This document shows, piece after piece, positions 58,624-64,000 of a DNA stretch of 64,000 nucleotides (its first letter is position 1; each line of letters opens with the position of its first letter). The stretch is from Candidatus Bathyarchaeia archaeon (lineage in GTDB: Archaea; Thermoproteota; Bathyarchaeia; Bathyarchaeales; Bathycorpusculaceae): assembly GCA_038883775.1 (NCBI GenBank), contig JAVZLM010000001.1:128001-192000 (forward strand). Reading direction: 5' to 3'. The position numbers and the translations under genes were made by a program. Below the pieces are notes generated by a model. The model was not told the DNA's origin. It was given only the letters and a program-made list of their open reading frames with translations, and ran no database searches.

Positions 58624-59085
58624 ATGAGCTTAACCACGGGTTATCTTACTTCTAAACAAAAATTGATTTGGGATTTGAAAAGTAAGGGGTTATCCGAAGC
58701 AAGCATTGCTAGAAAACTCGAAGTTACCCGCCAAACTGTTCATAAGGCTTTGGACATTGCAATTTCCAAAATCCATGCAGCCCTTGAAGAAGCAGCCACA
58801 ATAAATAAAATTAGGATCAAAACAATGGATCCGACTCAGGGAATATTGGTTGGTTATAGCCCAGATTTCAAAACAGATGCGATAATTACGTTCTCAGCAA
58901 AAAACGGTGTTCAAGTATGGTACAAACATGAAGGAGACTGCAGGAATTGTGATCAACTTCAAACTTGCAGAAAAATGTTGCTGGTAGAGGCAGAAGAGCG
59001 CAATATGCAGCTGGCAGAAAACGCAAACTCAATGATGCCCTCTAAATTGGCTGAAATTCTATTCTCAAAAATTATAGGTGAATGA
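58624..59085 (+). CDS. HTH transcriptional regulator with C-terminal Cys cluster
   Basis: GLSEASIARKLEVTRQTVHK HTH; HEGDCRNC...C. Confidence 0.8.
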   Translation: MSLTTGYLTSKQKLIWDLKSKGLSEASIARKLEVTRQTVHKALDIAISKIHAALEEAATINKIRIKTMDPTQGILVGYSPDFKTDAIITFSAKNGVQVWYKHEGDCRNCDQLQTCRKMLLVEAEERNMQLAENANSMMPSKLAEILFSKIIGE

Positions 59086-59909
59086 AAATGGGCATCCGTC
59101 AAAAGTTATGGAATTGGTGTCCAAAACCCAAAAAGCCAGTTTTAGCAAGTTTCACTAGATTAGCCGCACCGATAATATACATTTCATTCCTGATCGGAGG
59201 CTTGTTATTTACCGCATGCGCTGCCATGGCTTTTTTGCCATCAATATTCTTTTCAAATTTTGACGAAAGTGAATGGAGTCCAAGAGAGATAGAAAGGATA
59301 AGTTTCTTAGGCGGTGACATAATAGTACGCGAAATGCGCTATAATCCACAAGAAAAAGGCTATATATCCATCCACATAGAAGCCTATATAACCTCTGAAG
59401 AAAACCTCATGGCTTATGTAAATTCAAGAACAAATGCTCTGAATGCACTCTTAGAAACCATTAACGCCGAGTCTTTAATCGAAGCTTTTATAACTTTTAA
59501 AAATCCCATAAACCCTGAAAACTTAACGAGTTTATGCGAAACCTCATTAGTAAAGCTTGGCGAATACGCAATTATTGTAACAGATAAAAAGGCTGGCACT
59601 AAATGTGCTGGTGTTCTTTGGTTTCCTAGACCTCAAGATTCAGATTTCATTCAAAATCTAACCCTAATTAGAGAAGGCTATATGTTAGAAGGAATTATTG
59701 CGATTGAATGTTACATAAAAGCTGAAACGATAAGAATCCTACAATCCGACTCAAGAACCCTCCTAATAGATCCAATAGAAGATCCGATGATAAGTGAAAT
59801 CAAAGAGAAGTATAAGTCAATGGGCTTCAGCGTTCAGGTGGAAAGACCCTTTTCGCAAGAAATGTGGAGGCAATATGCAACATTCAAATATGATGCTACT
59901 GATTTTTAA
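59082..59909 (+). CDS. Single-TM membrane protein with N-terminal WCP motif
   Basis: KLWNWCPKP followed by a TM and a soluble domain; overlaps the regulator stop (ATGA). Confidence 0.75.
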   Translation: MKMGIRQKLWNWCPKPKKPVLASFTRLAAPIIYISFLIGGLLFTACAAMAFLPSIFFSNFDESEWSPREIERISFLGGDIIVREMRYNPQEKGYISIHIEAYITSEENLMAYVNSRTNALNALLETINAESLIEAFITFKNPINPENLTSLCETSLVKLGEYAIIVTDKKAGTKCAGVLWFPRPQDSDFIQNLTLIREGYMLEGIIAIECYIKAETIRILQSDSRTLLIDPIEDPMISEIKEKYKSMGFSVQVERPFSQEMWRQYATFKYDATDF

Positions 59910-59956
59910 ACGTAATTTAAATGGCTTCTAATCCATTTACTAAAAGCGTAAAACCA

Positions 59957-60736
59957 CTATTTGAAAAATGCTTCTAGTTTTCTAGTTTCAGTCTTTGTTA
60001 GGATTTCCGCGCACTTTTTAGGGTCTAAGGGCTTAAATTCCAGTTTAAGGGTTTCAAGAAGCCTTTGAACGTCTTTGGCGATGTTTGGAGCTGCAAGGAT
60101 TCCTCGCACTTCACGGTTTGCTTTGAGTTTGATGGCTTCTATGTATTTTGCGAGTTGAAGGGCTGCTTCCCTTCCAGCCGTTTTCCGTTTAATCTCAACC
60201 ACAACCAATTTCCCACTCTTATCCACGCCGTAAACGTCCACAAAACCTGGTTCAACCTTCTTTTCATAACTAATTGGTTTGAAGCCTTCCTCTAATAATG
60301 AAGGCTCTAACAATATGGCTTTATGCATGTCCTCTTCGCTTGCGTACAAAGCGAATTCGCCAGAATCCACAAGGTCTAAGGCGGAGAAAAGTTGGATTTT
60401 GTCAAAAAACACTTTCACGGATTCGGCTGGCTTACGCCTCACAGCCCGAATTTCTAGGGCATCATTTTTGGTTTGGATTTGGAAGAGGCAGCCTGGAGGT
60501 TGCCAGTTCACTGGTTCATAGCCTACTGAACGGTGGACAAGCAGCGAACCGTCCTCTTTGATTATTAGTATGCGTTCGCCTGGTTCCAGTTTCGATTTTG
60601 CTCTTCCGAGATAGTGAACCCAACATTTACCCACAACAATGACCGTTTTATGTTGCGAAACCGCATCCCTAACAGCCTCAGCTGCCTCAGCCAAGGTTGG
60701 GTTTACCAGCACATTTAAACTCTTGGAGTTTGCCAC
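59957..60736 (-). CDS. nucS: Endonuclease NucS/EndoMS
   Basis: Y.GRA.S.L..G.R..IIK.DGS..VH, PVNWQPPG, G.VD, VEIKR, QL.KY. Confidence 0.95.
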   Translation of the reverse strand: MANSKSLNVLVNPTLAEAAEAVRDAVSQHKTVIVVGKCWVHYLGRAKSKLEPGERILIIKEDGSLLVHRSVGYEPVNWQPPGCLFQIQTKNDALEIRAVRRKPAESVKVFFDKIQLFSALDLVDSGEFALYASEEDMHKAILLEPSLLEEGFKPISYEKKVEPGFVDVYGVDKSGKLVVVEIKRKTAGREAALQLAKYIEAIKLKANREVRGILAAPNIAKDVQRLLETLKLEFKPLDPKKCAEILTKTETRKLEAFFK

Positions 60737-60796
60737 TTTATTTCGCCAATAATTTTAGAAGGGCGCATGAATACATAAGACTTCTGAAGAATCACT

Positions 60797-61357
60797 ATGA
60801 GCGTGTGGAAGAAAAAACGCAGTATAATGCGTCGTTACGATTTGACGGCGCATATTTATGATATGCGCTACGCTGAAGAGCAAACAGCAAAAATTAAAGC
60901 AGCATTGGAAGAGTTAGCGATGGAGAAATTCGCTTGGGTTTTTGATGTGGGTTGTGGAACTGGAATTTTATTTGATTATGTAACTGAAAAGGCTGAAGCG
61001 ATTGTTGGGTTGGATATTTCTAAAAAAATTTTGCTTTACGCCAAGAACCGTGCAAAAAATTTTGGCAATTTGCATTTAGTTTTGGCTGATGCTGATAATA
61101 TTCCCATAAAAGACAATGTGTTTACTCATGTTTTTGGGATTACTGTCCTCCAAAACATGCCAAGCCCAACTAAAACATTAGAGGAAATTAAGCGAGTTGC
61201 AAAAGAGAATGCAGTCATTGTTGTTTCTGGTTTAAAAAAAAGCTTCACAAAAGAAGAGTTTGAAGAGTTACTGCGTCATGCTCACCTCAAACCTTATAGT
61301 TTGAAGAGTGAAGGCTTGAAGTGTTATGTGGCTGTTTGCACCAAAATTTATCATTAA
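60797..61357 (+). CDS. Class I SAM-dependent methyltransferase
   Basis: DVGCGTG, GLDIS, ADA..IP. Confidence 0.9.
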   Translation: MSVWKKKRSIMRRYDLTAHIYDMRYAEEQTAKIKAALEELAMEKFAWVFDVGCGTGILFDYVTEKAEAIVGLDISKKILLYAKNRAKNFGNLHLVLADADNIPIKDNVFTHVFGITVLQNMPSPTKTLEEIKRVAKENAVIVVSGLKKSFTKEEFEELLRHAHLKPYSLKSEGLKCYVAVCTKIYH

Positions 61358-61458
61358 ATAATGGGAAGTTTTAAAACCAAACTATATATGAAAGTGAGTT
61401 TATAGGCTATACTTCAATTACGGCTACCACATCGTGAAGATGCGGTTTGGTGAAATCG

Positions 61459-62382
61459 ATGCCGTTAAAAACTATGAAAACGGATACAGCCCAAACATTA
61501 ACTTTAGAATGGATTTTGCATGTAAAAAATTACAAGCTAAACCTTAACAAAGATTTATGCGTGGGCTGCCAAATCTGCGCTTTAGCATGTCCAAAAGAAG
61601 CCATCAAAATTGAAAAACAACCTAAAATTCAGGGAGAAAAAGCTAAAAAAGCCAAAGTTGACATTGACTTGACGAAATGCAATTTTTGTGGAATATGCGA
61701 CATATTGTGTCCCTTCGGGGCGATAAAAGTAACCGTTAACGGTGAACATATTCTTTCGATTATTGAGAAGGAAAGCTTTCCACAGTTAATACGGGAAATT
61801 CAGGTTGACACAAGCAAATGCCCCATAAAATGTGTTGAATGCGAAGAGGCTTGTCCTTTAGGCTTAATTAAGATTGGATGGATGACAGAGGATGGAAAAG
61901 TTCTAGAAACCAGACCGAAAAGGAAGAGGAAAGGGCTTAAAGTGAAAATTGACATTGAAAAGGAACGTTGCCCATGCTGCAGAATATGCGAATTCAAATG
62001 CCCAGAAGACGCCATTCACGTACGCAAATTCTTCCATGGAAAAATCCTCATTAACCAAGAAAAATGTCCAGAAGGCTGCACAGACTGTTTAGACGTTTGC
62101 CCAATAACTGGTGCCCTATACCTTTCTGATGAAGACAAGAAGGTTCATGTAAACGAGGCTTTCTGCGTTTACTGTGGAGCCTGCAGAGTTGTTTGCCCAG
62201 TGGAAGAAGCGTTAGAGCTTAAAAGAACAAAAATAATTCACACGCCAGTCCGTTCTGGAGCCTGGAATAAAGCTTTGGAAAGGCTGGCATCTCCAATCGT
62301 GATGAGTAAGGAGTTGAAGGCTAAAGGTTCTCAAAAAGTTATGGAGTCTGTGGAAAAAAGGTTGGGGTGGATGGGTGCATAA
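61459..62382 (+). CDS. Polyferredoxin (six 4Fe-4S motifs, FwdF-like)
   Basis: Six CxxCxxCxxxCP-type motifs. Confidence 0.88.
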   Translation: MPLKTMKTDTAQTLTLEWILHVKNYKLNLNKDLCVGCQICALACPKEAIKIEKQPKIQGEKAKKAKVDIDLTKCNFCGICDILCPFGAIKVTVNGEHILSIIEKESFPQLIREIQVDTSKCPIKCVECEEACPLGLIKIGWMTEDGKVLETRPKRKRKGLKVKIDIEKERCPCCRICEFKCPEDAIHVRKFFHGKILINQEKCPEGCTDCLDVCPITGALYLSDEDKKVHVNEAFCVYCGACRVVCPVEEALELKRTKIIHTPVRSGAWNKALERLASPIVMSKELKAKGSQKVMESVEKRLGWMGA

Positions 62383-62383
62383 T

Positions 62384-64000
62384 ATGGCTGAAAAGAAAAT
62401 TGAAAGTGCAGAACCACGAATTGGAGTTTTCATATGCCACTGCGGCTTAAACATTGCAGGTGTCTTGGACATAAAAGAGCTTGTTGAATACGCAAAAACC
62501 TTGCCAAACGTTGTTTATGTTAAGGATAATCGCTACACATGTGCAGACCCGGGACAGGAAGAAATAAGGAAGGGGATTAAGGAGCATAAACTTAATCGTG
62601 TTGTTGTTGCAGCCTGTTCACCGCGAATGCATGAGCCAACATTTCGAAGAACAGTTTCCGATGTAAATTTGAATCCCTATTTGTTTGAGATGGCAAATAT
62701 CCGCGAATTCTCTTCGTGGTGCCATCCAAGCACACCGAAGGAAGCAACAGAAAAGGCGAAAGAACTGATAAAAATGGCTGTTGCCAAAGCGAGGCTGCTC
62801 CAACCTCTTGAAACAATACAAGTTCCAGTAATCAACAAGGCGTTAGTCATAGGCGGCGGCATTGCTGGAATGAATGCAGCCCTAGACCTGGCGGAAATGG
62901 GCTTTAAGGTTTACTTGCTTGAGAAGGGAGAAAGCATAGGCGGTCACATGGCTCAGTTGGATAAGACCTTTCCAACTCTTGACTGTTCCATATGCATTGA
63001 AGGTCCAAAAATGGTTGATGTGGGACGGCATCCGAACATTGAAATTATAGCTTTTGCTGATTTGCTAAGTGTTAGTGGTTTTATAGGGAATTTTAAGGTT
63101 AGGATTCGTAAAAATCCCCGTTATGTTATAGCTGAAAACTGCACTGGTTGTGGCGAATGCAAAGAAGTTTGTCCCATTGAATATCCCAACGAGTGGGACA
63201 TGAATTTAGGCGTTAGAAAAGCCATATCTGTCCCCTTCGACCAGGCGGTTCCGCTTGTTTACACCATAAACAAGGATTATTGCATTGAATGCTACAAGTG
63301 TGTTGACGCCTGCGGAGCAAGACAAGCCATAAACTTTGAACAGAAACCAGAAGAAATAGAGTTGGAAGTTGGCGCCATAATTGTGGCAACAGGCTACGAT
63401 ATTTATCTGCCTTATGACAACCAATTATACGGGTATGGCAAATACTCCAATGTGGTAACGTCTCTCGAATTTGAACGGTTAATTCTTGCAGCGGGACCAA
63501 CGGGCGGCAAGGTTGTTAGGGCTTCTGATGGGCAAAAACCGCATAGTGTGGCCTTCATCCAATGCGTTGGCTCAAGAGACACAAACAAGTATCCATACTG
63601 CTCCAACTTCTGCTGCATGTACACACTCAAACATGTAGTCCAACTTAAGGAGAAGTACAAGGATGATGTGGAAGTTTACGTTTTCTACATGGATATACGG
63701 AGCAACTTTAAGGGCTTTGAAGAATTTTATCAAAGGGCAAGGGAACTCGGTGTAAACTTTATTCGTGGAAGGGTAAGCCGCGTTTTGGAGGTTCCAGAAA
63801 CAAAGAACTTGATTTTGCATGCTGAAGACATGACATTGGGTCAACCAATAGAAATTGAAGCCGATATGGTTGTTCTTGCGACAGCAGCCATACCTAAAAA
63901 GGGTTCAGAAGAAATAGCTCGAATACTCAACTTGACAAGGGGAGCAGACGGGTTTTTCATGGAAAGCCATCCAAAGCTTAAACCCCTAGATGCGCCGACT
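62384..64000 (+). CDS. hdrA: Heterodisulfide reductase subunit A (3'-truncated by window; absent from the ORF track)
   Basis: MAEKK..RIGVFICHCG.NIA, AACSPRMHE, VIGGGIAG, DKTFPTLDCSIC, CTGCGEC, IQCVGSRD..YCSNFCC. Confidence 0.95.
   Translation, partial: MAEKKIESAEPRIGVFICHCGLNIAGVLDIKELVEYAKTLPNVVYVKDNRYTCADPGQEEIRKGIKEHKLNRVVVAACSPRMHEPTFRRTVSDVNLNPYLFEMANIREFSSWCHPSTPKEATEKAKELIKMAVAKARLLQPLETIQVPVINKALVIGGGIAGMNAALDLAEMGFKVYLLEKGESIGGHMAQLDKTFPTLDCSICIEGPKMVDVGRHPNIEIIAFADLLSVSGFIGNFKVRIRKNPRYVIAENCTGCGECKEVCPIEYPNEWDMNLGVRKAISVPFDQAVPLVYTINKDYCIECYKCVDACGARQAINFEQKPEEIELEVGAIIVATGYDIYLPYDNQLYGYGKYSNVVTSLEFERLILAAGPTGGKVVRASDGQKPHSVAFIQCVGSRDTNKYPYCSNFCCMYTLKHVVQLKEKYKDDVEVYVFYMDIRSNFKGFEEFYQRARELGVNFIRGRVSRVLEVPETKNLILHAEDMTLGQPIEIEADMVVLATAAIPKKGSEEIARILNLTRGADGFFMESHPKLKPLDAPT

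Noticed and set aside
62592-63844. Six short minus-strand ORFs
   Set aside because: Antisense shadows of hdrA, which the ORF track missed because it has no stop in the window

Overview
Archaeal chromosome segment, most consistent with Bathyarchaeia (inferred from gene content: Smc-ScpAB, dockerin/cohesin-like surface proteins, HdrA, intron-containing tRNAs; not confirmed by a search). 1-16.5 kb is housekeeping: the smc-scpA-scpB end, rps8e, srp19 and the rps13-rpoD-rpoN-eno-rps2-mvk-ipk-fni-idsA-gltX superoperon. 16.5-30 kb is accessory and tRNA-rich, with tRNA-Ala, tRNA-Leu (D-arm intron), tRNA-Arg (intron) and tRNA-Asp, plus an integrase-less island bounded by three copies of the tRNA-Leu 3' end. 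36-57 kb is a peptide-utilisation locus and the most interesting part. Two family-5 ABC substrate-binding proteins there lack a lipobox or C-terminal membrane anchor and end in near-identical dockerin-like domains. They are followed by dppBCDF and two membrane-anchored cohesin-like proteins, suggesting a cohesin-dockerin-tethered peptide uptake system. The locus also has M28/M24/M20 peptidases, a TrpB2-like enzyme lacking the catalytic Glu, and tandem DUF4438-like genes. The window ends with ppa, nucS, a polyferredoxin and a truncated hdrA. All family assignments come from motif recognition by eye.
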